Part shown: in pieces, positions 1-11,790 of the stretch
Numbering within the stretch: the stretch's first letter is position 1
How the letters are laid out: each line of letters begins with the position of its first letter
Assembly (NCBI GenBank): GCA_964016885.1
Contig: OZ024747.1
Span: 28,830,001-28,894,000 of the forward strand
DNA: 64,000 bases
Direction of reading: 5' to 3'
DNA from: Eledone cirrhosa
Taxonomy: Eukaryota
The notes under the pieces: model-generated
The model's input: only the letters and a program-made list of their open reading frames with translations
Database searches by the model: none
What the model was told of the DNA's origin: nothing
Made by a program: the position numbers and the translations under genes

Positions 1-1914
1 GAAAGAAAGTTCAAGCATGTTCTACAACGTGAGGACCAAAAACGTGAGGTGTTCAGGATTGCCAGGCAATGTGTCAAGGAAAACCGTGATATTGTCGGGG
101 AGAAGTGTGTACTTAACGATGATGGCATACTTGCCATCACCGACGCTGATAAGAAGGTAGCTTGGAAGTGTCACTACGAAAGGCTTCTAAATGAGGAGAA
201 CAAATGGGAGAAAGACAGTCTCCCCCAGATCGATCCAATAGAGGGACCAGCAGTGTTAGTTGAAGGTAGTATAATAAGTAAGGCAATCAAAGATATGAAG
301 ACGGGTAAGGCGGCTGGGCCTTCGGAAATAGTTGCTGAGATGCTGAAGGCATCTGGTTCGGTGGGACACACCATGGTCACCCGGATAGTTAACCAAGTCG
401 TACAGAATGGGGTTGTTCCGAAGGAATGGCGTAGCAGCATCATCGTTAACTGCTATAAGGGAAAAGGAGATGCCCTAGATAGGAGTAACTATAGAGGCAT
501 TAAATTAATCGACCAGGTCATGAAGGTCACGGAAAAAGTAATAGCGCAACTAATCAGAGAGAGAATTGATCTAGATGAAATGCAGTTCGGGTTTGTGTCA
601 GGCAAAAGTACCACAGACGCTCTTTTCATTGTACGACAACTACAGGAGAAGTACCTAGCTAAAAGTAAACCCCTATACTTAGCTTTCGTCGACTTGGAGA
701 AAGCCTTCGACAGAGTCCCCCGTTCCATTATCTGGTGGTCTCTTAGAAAACTAGGTGTTGACGAATGGCTTGTGAGAGCTATACAAGCCATGTATAAAGA
801 AACAGTCAGTAAGGTTAGAATTAACAACGAATATAGTGAAGAGTTTAGCGTAAAAGTTGGTGTCCATCAGGGCTCTGTTCTTAGCCCCCTACTATTTATT
901 ATTGCCCTTCAGGCTATAACAGAGGAGTTCAAGACCGGCTGCCCATGAGAACTCCTATACGCAGATGATCTAACGCTCATAGCTGAATCAAAGACCGAAC
1001 TAGAGAAGAAATTCCAAACATGGAAGCACGGCCTAGAATCAAAAGGCCTTAAAATTAACCTGGCTAAGACTAAAGTTCTAGTTTGTAGGAAAGAAAATAA
1101 GGCGGCGGTCCCATCTGGGAAATGGCCATGCTCAGTGTGTAGGAAAGGCGTAGGTAGAAACTCCATTTTATGTCCCAAATGCAAAGTATGGGTGCATAAA
1201 AGATGTAGTGGGATCACAGGTAAGCTAACTAAGAACATAGATTTTACATGTGGCCGGTGCTCTGGTGCAATAAGTAGCAGCAAGTGCCCACAAAATACTA
1301 GCTCCTTCAACTGCGCAGAGGGTTCTATAGAAATAGTGGACAGCTTCCGTTATCTGGGTGACAAAATCAGCAGTGGGGGAGGGTGCTCTGAAAGTACAGT
1401 AGCTAGAGTCAGAACTGGATGGAAAAAGTTCAGAGAGCTTATACCACTATTAGCCGCTAAAGGGTTCTCCCTAAAAATGAAAGGCAGGTTATATGATACC
1501 TGCATACGAACAGCAATGCTGCATGGCAGTGAGACCTGGGCATTGTGTGCAGAGGATATACGCAGACTAGAGAGGAACGAAGCTTGCATGCTCCGCTGGA
1601 TGTGCAATAGTAATATACGTGAACGGCAAAGCATAAACGAACTAAGGAAAAAATTAGAAATAAGAGGGATCAGATGTTGTTTACTCGAGAGAAGGCTACG
1701 TTGGTACGGTCACGTGATGCGCATGAAAGACGACAGCTGTATAACAAAGTGCAGGGCAATAAAGATAGACGGTAGCCACGGAGTAGGCAGACCCAGAAAA
1801 ACATGGGACGAGCTGATAAATTCCGACCTCACACGCTTACACCTCTCCAAGACAATGTCACTGGACCGAGACCTTTGGCGGTACTCAGTAATAGAGAAGA
1901 CCCGCCTTACCTAA
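1..1914 (+). pseudogene. RTE reverse transcriptase ORF with one nonsense codon (TGA 946-948, Trp expected) and an internal PHD-type zinc finger
   Basis: ORFs 49..948 and 1135..1914 are in the same frame; sequence reads GCP*ELLYADD. C4HC3 pattern at 1129-1260. Confidence 0.9.
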
Positions 1915-2082
1915 ATACAAAGTAAAAACCTACTACAGTCAGTAGGCATCTCTATCAAAACACACCCCCGTCCCACCACCTCCACCCCACCCACACCGCC
2001 CCTTTCAATGTAAAGTTATGTTGGTCCCACAACATCCAGGCCGAAACAAATGAGATCGTGTAGGTGTCACGACAAAAAACAC

Positions 2083-2425
2083 CCAGTCCACGCTGTAAAT
2101 GTGGCCGTGTAGGCAACACGGTAAAAACCTCCCAGCCCCACACTGTAAATGTGGTTGGTGTTAGGAAGGGCATCCAGCTGTAGAAAACCCGCCAGACAGT
2201 CCACGCTGTAATGTGGCCGTGTAGGCAACACGGTAAAAACCTCCCAGCCCCACACTGTAAATGTGGTTGGTGTTAGGAAGGGCATCCAGCTGTAGAAAAC
2301 CCGCCAGACAGTCCACGCTGTAATGTGGCCGTGTAGGCAACACGGTAAAAACCTCCCAGCCCCACACTGTAAATGTGGTTGGTGTTAGGAAGGGCATCCA
2401 ACTGTAGAAAACCCGCCAGACAGTC
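2083..2425 (+). repeat. About 3 tandem copies of a 112-bp unit in the RTE 3' UTR
   Basis: Near-identical units cagtccacgctgtaatgtggccgtgtagg...gggcatccagctgtagaaaacccgccaga; the identical ORF starts at 2173 and 2285 are 112 bp apart. Confidence 0.9.
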
Positions 2426-2540
2426 CTATGCGAGCAAGACAACCACTCTTGCCTCAAGTGGGAAAACCCCCGTCCAAACCCATGCAAGCGTGGAACACGG
2501 ACGCTAAACCTGATGATGATGATGATGATGATATATATAT

Positions 2541-2803
2541 ATAATTATCTCATAATTTATCAGTTTGTTGATAACCATAAATAATGGTTGAATAAAATCA
2601 GGTAAAGTACCCTTGGAGAGGGGGAAAAAAAAGAACAGATAGGTCAGCAGGGAATTGAACCATGCATATTATGTATGTCAGTGATTGCATTTAACCATTG
2701 CACCAAAGAGTCACTGGCTGGTGATTAAATATTTTCCATCTCCAAATTTTATTCAACCATTATTTATGGTTATCAACAAACTGATAAATTATGAGATAAT
2801 TAT
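2541..2803. mobile_element. Fold-back element with 58-bp perfect inverted arms around a tRNA-like segment, flanked by (TA)n
   Basis: 2541-2598 is the exact reverse complement of 2746-2803. Minus strand has TGGTGCAATGG (A box) and GGTTCAATTCC (B box) in 2650-2705. Confidence 0.75.
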
Positions 2804-2805
2804 AT

Positions 2806-2837
<32 letters not shown>

Positions 2838-2983
2838 GAGGGGGGAGCCAATCATTAGATCAGACTGAGGAAATTGTTTTCATTGTCGATACAAGCAGTT
2901 CCTGATAGAAGTCAAGATTTGCAGACAAAAGACAAACAAAGAGAGATTGCTAAGGCTAGATTAAGTGTGATAGGAGACTTTAA

Positions 2984-3212
2984 CCTTTTTGATATCAAAC
3001 TGCCTAAAGCTTGCTCTGGTTCTATGATACAATCTGTTTATTTTTATTTCATCTAAAAACATTATCATAATTTTATGTAAAAAATTTTATGTTCCAAATA
3101 CCAACTTAATGATGAAAAAGTTAGTTATAGAATTAAATCCCCTGGATATTTTTTATTATTTTCAAAGTAATTTAAAAACCTGTCTTTCATTAGAAACATG
3201 GTAATGAAAGGG
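2984..3212 (+). mobile_element. piggyBac-type non-autonomous MITE (TTAA-flanked); relatives at about 13590-13842, 32225-32465 and 47700-47895
   Basis: TTAA|CCTTTT ... AAAGGG|TTAA ends; internal similarity among the copies. Confidence 0.65.
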
Positions 3213-3699
3213 TTAAAAGGAAGAGCAGTGTGATTAGATGGAGCTCTCAATAATTGGGATGAAGCCAACTTTGATTTAAAATGATTCACAACAAAAATAT
3301 TTGGATAAGAAACCAATCAATGTCTTCTTCACCTTCTTCTGTATCCTCTTCCTGCTCCTCTTCTTTATATAACTCAACAGATTTCAAATGGAAATCAAAG
3401 TGAAATAATATTTATGCCTGATTTCCCTCTCCACATACATCTCACCTTATTTTATATTTATATTTCAGCACATTCTCACATCACCACCATTATTATCGCT
3501 GCTACCACCACATCTCAAACAAAATCAAATAAGCAACTCACACATTACACACACACAATACACTCACAGTCTGTGAATTCTAGAGAAGTTAAGTTGTGTG
3601 ACATCCTCAGGTCAATTAAGTCTCCATCATGAGCCAGCAACATAAGATACCAGATCAACAGATCAAAGTGTTCCCCCCTTCCTCTTGTGTGTGTACAAA

Positions 3700-3912
3700 C
3701 ATGATATTTTGATTGCTCTAACACAATGAAAAGCACCCAATCCACTCTGTGAGGTGGTCGTGCTAGTCCGATGATAAAAAGCATCCAGTTCACTCTGTAA
3801 GGTGATAGTACACACTGTAAAGGGGTTGGTGTTAGGAAGGGTATTTAGTTGTATGAGCAAGACTTGTTTAATCTCAAAACATCTAACCCAAGCATGGAAA
3901 ATTAAACGGTGG
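3700..3912 (+). mobile_element. RTE 3' UTR fragment
   Basis: aaagcacccaatccac...gttggtgttaggaagggtat...gcatggaaaattaaacg resembles 2070-2510. Confidence 0.6.
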
Positions 3913-4270
3913 TATTCCATATATCTCCTCTAAATACTCTCAGGTGTGTGTGTGCATGTGTGTGTGTAGATTTAGTTGGACAGTATGAAACTAGTAGTTT
4001 AAATCTGTGAGTGATAATTAACCCAGTCATATTATCCCACCCCACCCCACCCCACCATCACTAATGAATAGACTCAGCTATATATATATATTGCAGATAT
4101 AAACAAGTCCATTATCTATTGATACATGTGAACAAACTGATCAAAGCAGGCTTTTCAGTTTTTTCGTTAACGTATTTCTAATAAAAAAAAAAAAATGCTT
4201 GTAATTTTCTTCGAAAGTAATCTAGAGTTTGGATGGATTTAGCAATATAAATAAACCTTCTCATATTTAA

Positions 4271-4497
4271 CCCTTTAGCATTTAAACTGGTTGTACTCAG
4301 CCAGAACTCTCTCATCTCTTTCTGTTCAAACCAGCCATAACTGGCCACTCATACCTACATTAAGGTATTGTTCTCAAAATAAATAACATTAAAATCTCAT
4401 AGATTCGATGTTATATCATAGATTCGATGTTATGTAAGATAAAGCCTTTACTGTGAAAATACAATAGTAATGATAGAGTAATGTTAATGCTAAAGGG
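4271..4497. mobile_element. piggyBac-type MITE with CCCTTTAGCATT terminal inverted repeats
   Basis: TTAA|CCCTTTAGCATT ... AATGCTAAAGGG|TTAA. Confidence 0.8.
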
Positions 4498-6009
4498 TTA
4501 AGCTCATATTTGGAACATTAAGGTTCTTGCATAAAATTATGATGGAAGATTAGATAAGTATAAACATTAAATCTTTCTTTACCATATTTCTAATGAAAGA
4601 CACTGCCTATAATTTTCAAATGGCTTTGAAAATAATCAAGAATTTGGAGGGATTTAGTAAATACAAACAATAATTTGAATGCCATTTTCCTACTAAGTAA
4701 TCAGTCATATGTATGTATATGTGTATATATTAGCACAATAATTTTGAATTGTGATTGTTTATATTTATTATATTTTATTTCAATGGAGTAAGTCAAACAT
4801 CAACAGACATAATGGGCTGCTGACTAACATGGTCATGTGTTCAATCCTCACTATAGCCATAGTGCTGCACCCCTGAGAAAAATATGCAAGACAATTGAAA
4901 AGTGGTAGGATCAGAAATATAAGCACTGGTCTGGCCCAGTAGTAGAGTAAGAAGTGAGGCTACTGTTATTGTTGAAAAAGGAAAAGACTGTGTTGGATAA
5001 TTGGTGTAGCTTCATCAGAGAATAACAAAATATGTGGGAAGGAAAAGATTGTATTAGCAAAACTGAGTCAGAGCAGGAGAGGTTTACCAAATGTGGGGCA
5101 TGAAAAAAGGTTAAAATTATACTAATAATTGTAGTGGGTACTTTGGTACATGGCAACTATTAAAATATGAACATAGACTGGAGAATTTAGAATGACTGAA
5201 AAAATATGATCGCGAATACAAGCAGCCAAAATGGGGTTCTTCCAGAGGGTCTTTGGATTAATGTTAATCGGATTAATGTTACACGATAGAGTGTGTAGCT
5301 CAAAGATCAGAGTCGCTCTAGGTAGAGCCACTACTTCTCCGCATTGAGAGATCACAGCTCTGATATTATGGGCATGTGGTTAGAATGCCTCAGGAAAGAA
5401 TTACAAGACAGATTTTACGGGAAAAGCCAACCGACAGGAGACCCAGGGGTAGATCCTGAACATGATGGTTGGCTTCTGACAGGATCTCCTGGAAGGAGTG
5501 TTTGAGAACTCTGCATCCACAAAAAGAAAAGAAGAAAAAAATTAAAAGAAGAAAGAATCTTACCAGAAGATGATAATATATTTTACAGTCAATGTGGTAT
5601 GGTAAATAAATATATACATATATATCAGGTCCAAACACAAAGGAACCAAACTCCCACTGTCACTGCCTCCGTCTCTCTCACTTTCTCCATCTCTCACTAT
5701 TATGAACAAATGGGGGCCCCACATACTGGCTGACCCACGGCCCCAGTGAGCAGAATAGAGAAGGCACTTTCCCTAGAGGATGGTGATGGAGATGCACCGA
5801 ATGAGCCATTTCAGCTCGTGAGGCTCACACCTGCGTGTAGCCAACTCTATACTGATGGTGGTGAGTAAGGAGGTGGTCCTAGGGCCAAGGACACCAGAAG
5901 TTTCCATGAGAACAGCTCAGATCTTAAACAAGGTTCTTGACATGTAAGCAAATAAAGAAAATCTGAGAGACACGTATGTAGTCATTTGTTACGAATCTCT
6001 CTCAGCATA

Positions 6010-6323
6010 AGATCAGTCTGTTGACTCTCTCTCTTAGCACAATAACTGACATACAACCAGCCTGTTGACTCTCTCTCTTAGCACAATAACTGACATACAA
6101 CCAGCCTGTTGACTCTCTCTCTTAGCACAATAACTGACATACAACCAGCCTGTTGACTCTCTCTCAGCACAATAACTGGTACAAGACCAGCCTGTTGACT
6201 CTCTCTCAGTACAATAACTGGCATACAACCAGCCTGTTCTCTTTCTCTCAGCACAATAACTGGCATACAACCAGCCTGTTGATTCTCTCTCTGTACAATG
6301 ACTAACATAAGACCAGCCTGTTG
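6010..6323. repeat. Minisatellite, about 42-44-bp unit, about 7 copies
   Basis: Repeated gttgactctctctcttagcacaataactgacatacaaccagcct. Confidence 0.9.
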
Positions 6324-6647
6324 AAATTTAGTAATAATAAAGAGAAAATATTTATAGAAAAGAATAATTAAAATAGTTGAAATATTATTGGATTATTATG
6401 GAGACATATGTAGGAAGAAGTCCACTTAATTATGGTGAGATTATAATACAGTTTTAGTGTTGTTTTCATTTCAAAACAATTGTTAAACAACATTAAACCA
6501 GCAAAATATTTCATTGAAATAAAACATCCTCCTTCCTGAAAAAAATGATTGTGGCCTTCAAGTAAAATTTATTGTTGTTCTCAATGTTTAAAGTTTTACT
6601 TTTTAAATTCCCTCAAAACATGCAAACACACCATCATTATTTTTATG

Positions 6648-6760
6648 CTCAAATCCCACCAAGGTTAATTTTGCCTTTCATCCTTACGGGGTCGATAAAA
6701 TAAAACACCAGTAATGCACTGGGATAATTGCAGCCCTTGTGCAAAAAGTAGAAACAATTA
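6648..6760 (+). mobile_element. tRNA-derived SINE family A, 5'-truncated
   Basis: ctttcatccttacggggtcgataaaataa...gtagaaacaatta, matching the full copies. Confidence 0.8.
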
Positions 6761-8519
6761 TTTTTATGTTCACTTTTCCATGCTAGCATTGGTTGGACAA
6801 AATATTTTCTAGCAGTATTCTATGGGTGGATACCATTCCTGGAGTGACTTTTACACAAATATGTGCATTCACTCGTGTATACGTTGCACTTTTTTCATGA
6901 AAATCTCAATTTAAAATATAAGGTACATTGTAAATGTTGTATGTAAAATGGTAGCGTGACTTGTGTGTGAGGGTACACCTCAGGCACCGGGGTGTAAATT
7001 GTGCATGAGGGTGTGACTTGGGCTCCAACATGTACAGTAATTAAATTTTTTTTAGCTTACAACATCAAATATTGTAATATCTACAAATACTAATTGTAGG
7101 TAAGCCATTAGTGGTATGATAAAGATAAATTGAGGTAGGAGAGGAAGAGGTAGTTAACCTGACCTAACCTCTCACCTGACACAATAGGTAGGTAGAGGTA
7201 ATGGTAGATAGAGGTGATGTTAGGTACAAGTGTCTCACCAAATGACGACAACAATTATGTAATGTGAAAAAAGTGGGGTTGAATGATGTGGGTGTGTGTA
7301 CTAGATTTGACACACATGACTCAGCAAGAATAGTTACAATTAAAGGAATGTTCAACAGGGTAGTCAGTGCTTTTTGTGAACCAGTTGGGTGGTCAAATTT
7401 GAAAACTAACTTAACTTTCAAGATGAAAAATGGATTGTTTTGTATTTATATTAATCACCATCATCATCGTGTTTTATATCTATTTTTCCATGTTGACATG
7501 AATTAGATGAGATTTTTGGAGTCAAAAATATTATATATTTTCGACTGTTTTCAAATTTTAGCAGTAAGCAAAGAGAAGCATTGCCCTGCTGAAAGCCAGA
7601 GCTCAAAATGACAATAGTACTTATTTGTAACCATTTGTCCTTCTGGTGTGTATTTGTGATGCACAACACCTTGGTATTCTAAGGAAACATTCAGCATCAC
7701 CTTGATTTTGCTCTGCACCTGGCATTTGTTATGCTATGACAACATTGGATGCTTCTACTGTGATGACTGAACTTTGGTTTCCAGGTCATACCTGCACACC
7801 CATGCCTCATCTATAGTTATCATGTTATTCAGGAACTCAGGACCTTTATTGGCAGTATTGGGCGAAATGAAAACACAAGTGAATAGTACAGCCCCTCACA
7901 CACTAGCTGCCTGACAATGACTGACGCATTCAGTGGGTTCATTAAAACCCATGCATAAGCATTAATGTATGCAACCCCATTCTGCACACTCTTATCTTTC
8001 TAATGTCTTTACTCCGTACAGGGTAAAAATAAAGTCAGTTATGGTATTTAGTTACACAATACCTTATGAAGCCTTAGAGATATTTTATGAGTGAAGTAAG
8101 ATCACCTAGATGTTAGCCTGAATAATTCACTGTGTATGGCGTCGTTCCTTTAGGCTTGAAGTTCAAATTGTGTATGTGTGTGTGTTAGAGGAAATAGTTG
8201 TAAAAATATGGTACATTTAAAGTACTGAGATTGTTTGTAATGGAGTGAGACAGAAATCAACAAGGTTTAGAGGAGCAGAGGCTGCAGTAGTTGTAGTACA
8301 GGTGACAGAGAGTGGACACAGCTTGATAAATAGTAGAGTTTGATGTCAACCAATGTAGATTTGCTTCTAAGAGGAAATGGCTTCCTTGTGTACCTAAATA
8401 GCTCCCTCCCTATATTCTTTTTCTTTCACTGATTTCAGCCATTAAATTATAATTTTCACTATATTTCTTACAGACATGAAACCTCCAAGATTTACACAAA
8501 CACACGAGATAATTCAGTT

Positions 8520-8810
8520 AAATCCGCAAAGGTCTACAAAACATGTAGTAATGAATAAGTTAACAAACCACACACATAAAGAATACGTTCTGTTTACAAA
8601 CCAAACAGCATTAAGTTAAGTCTACAAACTACACACGTAGAAATATGTTAGTTCTACAAACTATGCAGTATTGAGTCTACAAGCCATACATAATATTAAG
8701 TTAGGTCTAAAAACCACACACGTAGAAATAAATTAACTCTACAAACTATACACGTATTACGCTAAGTCTACAAACCAAACACGTAGGAATAATTGTCTCT
8801 AACAAACCAC
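8520..8810. repeat. Degenerate minisatellite (about 30-40-bp unit, agtctacaaaccacacacgtag...)
   Basis: Recurrent tctacaaac(c/t)a(c/t)acacgta motif. Confidence 0.7.
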
Positions 8811-11055
8811 AAAAGCAGTCACTTTTTGCAATTAATGTGACAATTAAAAAATTCGAATATTTCAGATTAGTCGCTTTTTTTTTAAAAATAACTTAATGGA
8901 GGAGGTGGGAGAGGGGTTATTATATGTTGACATGGTTTCAATGTAAAAGTATCCAACCATTGTATATTAAGTGAGGATGACGGTGATATGGTTATGGATG
9001 CTCACATATACACAACAGAGCAATAATGACTGTTTCCTATTGCAAAGTTGACGAAAACAATGACATCTTGGATTTCCGAGTTCGTTCGTGAATCGGAGAA
9101 AAAAATTAATATTCCTTTTATAGATCTTTACTAATTAATCACCGATAAATGTATTACATATTGGTTACTTTACACGCCACACTACTATAATCACCATCAC
9201 CACAACCACTGCTACAATCGCAATTCCTAAATACACCCTCCTCCATCACCAGATTCCGTCTCTCAATTTCTGACCTATTTCATGTAACTGGGAGTTTTGA
9301 TGTTCATGCATTTCTAGAAACTAAACAAATCACCGTTAGTTTTAAAATTCAGATAAATAAAGTATATTGTAGGAGAGGGTCGAGTGAATCTAAAAAAGAA
9401 TTTAGGGTGGGTTACAGTTGTTTGACGTTTCTGGAAGAGAGGAAGAGGACGAGAAGAAAAAAGAAAAGAACCAGTATATCGACAAATTATTCAACTAGTA
9501 GTATGCACGGTGTTTATTTTAGCTTAGGCATGCCCCCCCCCCCCCTTCTCTGTCTATCTAACACAGACATATACAAGTGTTTGAGAGAGACTAGTGACTT
9601 AATCTGCAAGTCAATTACTCTTGGGTCTCAAATAATCGACCCCCCCCCCTCCCCATATTAATTTTTCAGTTTTTTTTCCACCCCTCGTTAATTAAAGTTT
9701 ATAAATCTATCTCCAGTGAAAATTTATTTTAAGTCGTACCATTCCTGCGACAATTAATTTTCTTTATGCATTAAAAACATTCCACATGACAAAAAAAGTA
9801 CATTACTAGAAATCCCCTGTTATAAAATAAATAAGGGTGGGTTGGAGTGTCAATATGTAAACTAAACGTGATTTTTTTAAATCATCAGAGACAACCTAGA
9901 AACATTACCGATTTTCCATCCCCACTCACCCCGCTTATTCCAACCCCGTCCCCTGGGAGTAATAATAATATATGACAATAACCATATCCCCTCGATCACT
10001 AATAATTATATTCAGCTTTTTTTATAATAGAAACCGCAGAGAGATATGTTGTAAACATTACCATTAAATCGACGAATAATGTGTGCGTCTGTGTGTATAT
10101 ATTAAATGGTGGTGTAGCAATAAACATGTGGTGAAGACATCTGAGCACCTTAGTTAATTGAAGGTACAACGGAGAGAGAACAATGGATTTACGACACACA
10201 CTGGCATCAATATCGTGATATGCCAGCTGCACCATACAACTACAAGTGGAAGTAGAGAGATAGTAAATTAGACAGAGGAGAGAAGATATAGATAGATTAA
10301 GAGGCAGGAGGAAATTATAATCACTTCTAGCTTAGTCAGACGTGGACAAATAAATCCATCTAGTCGTTTATAATCTTTACAACATACACACACATTATAT
10401 ATATATAGAGAGAGAGATATATATATACACACACACACACACACCAAAAATACACACGCACACATACGTGTACGAACGAAAGAAAGTAATGAGCATCCTA
10501 TGCATTATGTTCAGAGTTCATATTTATAAGTAAACAGTTGATTCGTTTACACATGTCAAATCCATTCCATTGCTTCTCTCAACACTACATTGTCTCCTGG
10601 TCAAATATGACGAGCAGACAGAGATGAAATGGCAAAGCTGAAATTTTGAAGTCACTGTCACTTTTCTACTCAAATAATAAAATTTATTCTCTAACACGCA
10701 TTGAGTGTTCATTTAGTTAATGTTTGAATACACACAATAATTCAAGGGTAAGAAATTGTCTAAGACAAAGTTATCCGCTCAGATCTTATGTCATTGCACC
10801 TATATAATGGAAATACCTTTGTCTAGACAATTTTTTAACTTTGAATTATTGTTACTGCTCCTAATGAAAATTTTTAATTTTTATATTAATAGAGCCGACT
10901 TTAGGTTCTAATAGTGACTATCTTTAACACTTTGGTTAACTTATTTTTGTCAGACAATGTGACCAATAATTTTACGTATTAATCAATATATACACACACA
11001 CACACACACATTAATTCAAAATATTAACAGAATTGATATTCTTGTGATCAAGTAT

Positions 11056-11119
11056 ATTTTAATATACATATTTCAGAGGTACTGAGTTAACTTCAACAGT
11101 ACGTCCTCATCAGATAAAA
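11056..11119 (-). ncRNA. Type I hammerhead ribozyme motif (inverted copy, one stem I mismatch)
   Basis: Reverse complement of the 11133-11193 motif. Confidence 0.65.
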
Positions 11120-11132
11120 TAAAATAAATTAC

Positions 11133-11193
11133 TTTATCTGATGAGGACGTACTGTTGAAGTTAACTCAGTACCTCTGAAATATGTATAATAAA
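11133..11193 (+). ncRNA. Type I hammerhead ribozyme motif
   Basis: UUUAU-CUGAUGA-GGACGUACUG(loop)CAGUACCUCU-GAAA-U-AUGU-A-UA^AUAAA. Confidence 0.75.
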
Positions 11194-11372
11194 ATATACT
11201 TGATCACAAAAATATCTATTTAATATTAATAACTCCGGAAAACCATTTTTGTTGAGTGCTTCCAATCTATTCTAAAACTCATTTTTTGATTTATTCATTG
11301 AACCTTGTTTAACCTTTAAATACACACACATATATATATATATACATATACACACACAAACACATATATATA

Positions 11373-11531
11373 CAGTGAAATTCCGTTATAACGAAATTCG
11401 CGGGTATAAAAAAATTCGTTGTAACAAAAAGTTCTTTATAACGAGATCGACCGAAACACATCATATGTGTGATTGTGGATTGAAAAAAATTTCACTATAC
11501 CGAAAAATTCGTTATAATAGAATTTTACCTG
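11373..11531. mobile_element. Tc1/mariner-pogo (Tigger-like) MITE
   Basis: TA|CAGTGAAATTCCGTTATAACGAAATT ... AATTCGTTATAATAGAATTTTACCTG ends. Confidence 0.7.
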
Positions 11532-11536
11532 TGTAT

Positions 11537-11790
11537 ATCATCATCATCATCGTTTTACATCCGTTCTTCCACGCTAACATGGGTTAGATGGGTTGTCCTA
11601 TTGTGGGCAGTGTCCAGTCGGCTGACCTTGTCTTACTCATACAGGAACTGATTCTGGCTTGATTTCTACAGTTGGATGCTCTTCCTAACACCAACCTCAT
11701 TTACAGTGAGTGCTGGGTGCTTTTTTTCCCTAGCGCCTACATGTCCACTTTACAGTGGGAGGGAGTGGGGACATATTGTCTATATGCTTC
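11537..11790 (-). mobile_element. RTE-related 3' end. Similar short pieces at about 12705-12850, 20170-20230, 31098-31215, 45190-45440, 48190-48400 and 60138-60290
   Basis: (TCA)n followed by cgttttacatccgttcttccacgctaacatgggttag, the reverse complement of the RTE tail. Confidence 0.75.

Larger units (their letters stand above)
1..2530 (+). mobile_element. RTE-clade non-LTR retrotransposon (LINE), 5' part outside the window; RT ORF, 3' UTR and (TGA)n tail
   Basis: Frame open from base 1 to 1914 except TGA at 946-948. RT motifs: KGKGDALDRSNYRGI, MQFGF, FVDLEKAFDRV, GVHQGSVLSPLLF, LYADD, FRYLG. RTE C-terminus: RRLRWYGHV, GRPRKTW. Tail (TGA)n at 2511-2530. Confidence 0.95.
11035..11216. repeat. 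84-bp-arm near-perfect palindrome holding two inverted hammerhead ribozyme motifs (Penelope-like end)
   Basis: Arms 11035-11118 and 11133-11216 with 2 mismatches and a 14-nt spacer. Confidence 0.9.

Noticed and set aside
946-948. TGA as selenocysteine or programmed readthrough
   Set aside because: The position corresponds to Trp (TGG; the decayed copy near 15820 has tgg); a simple nonsense mutation is more likely.
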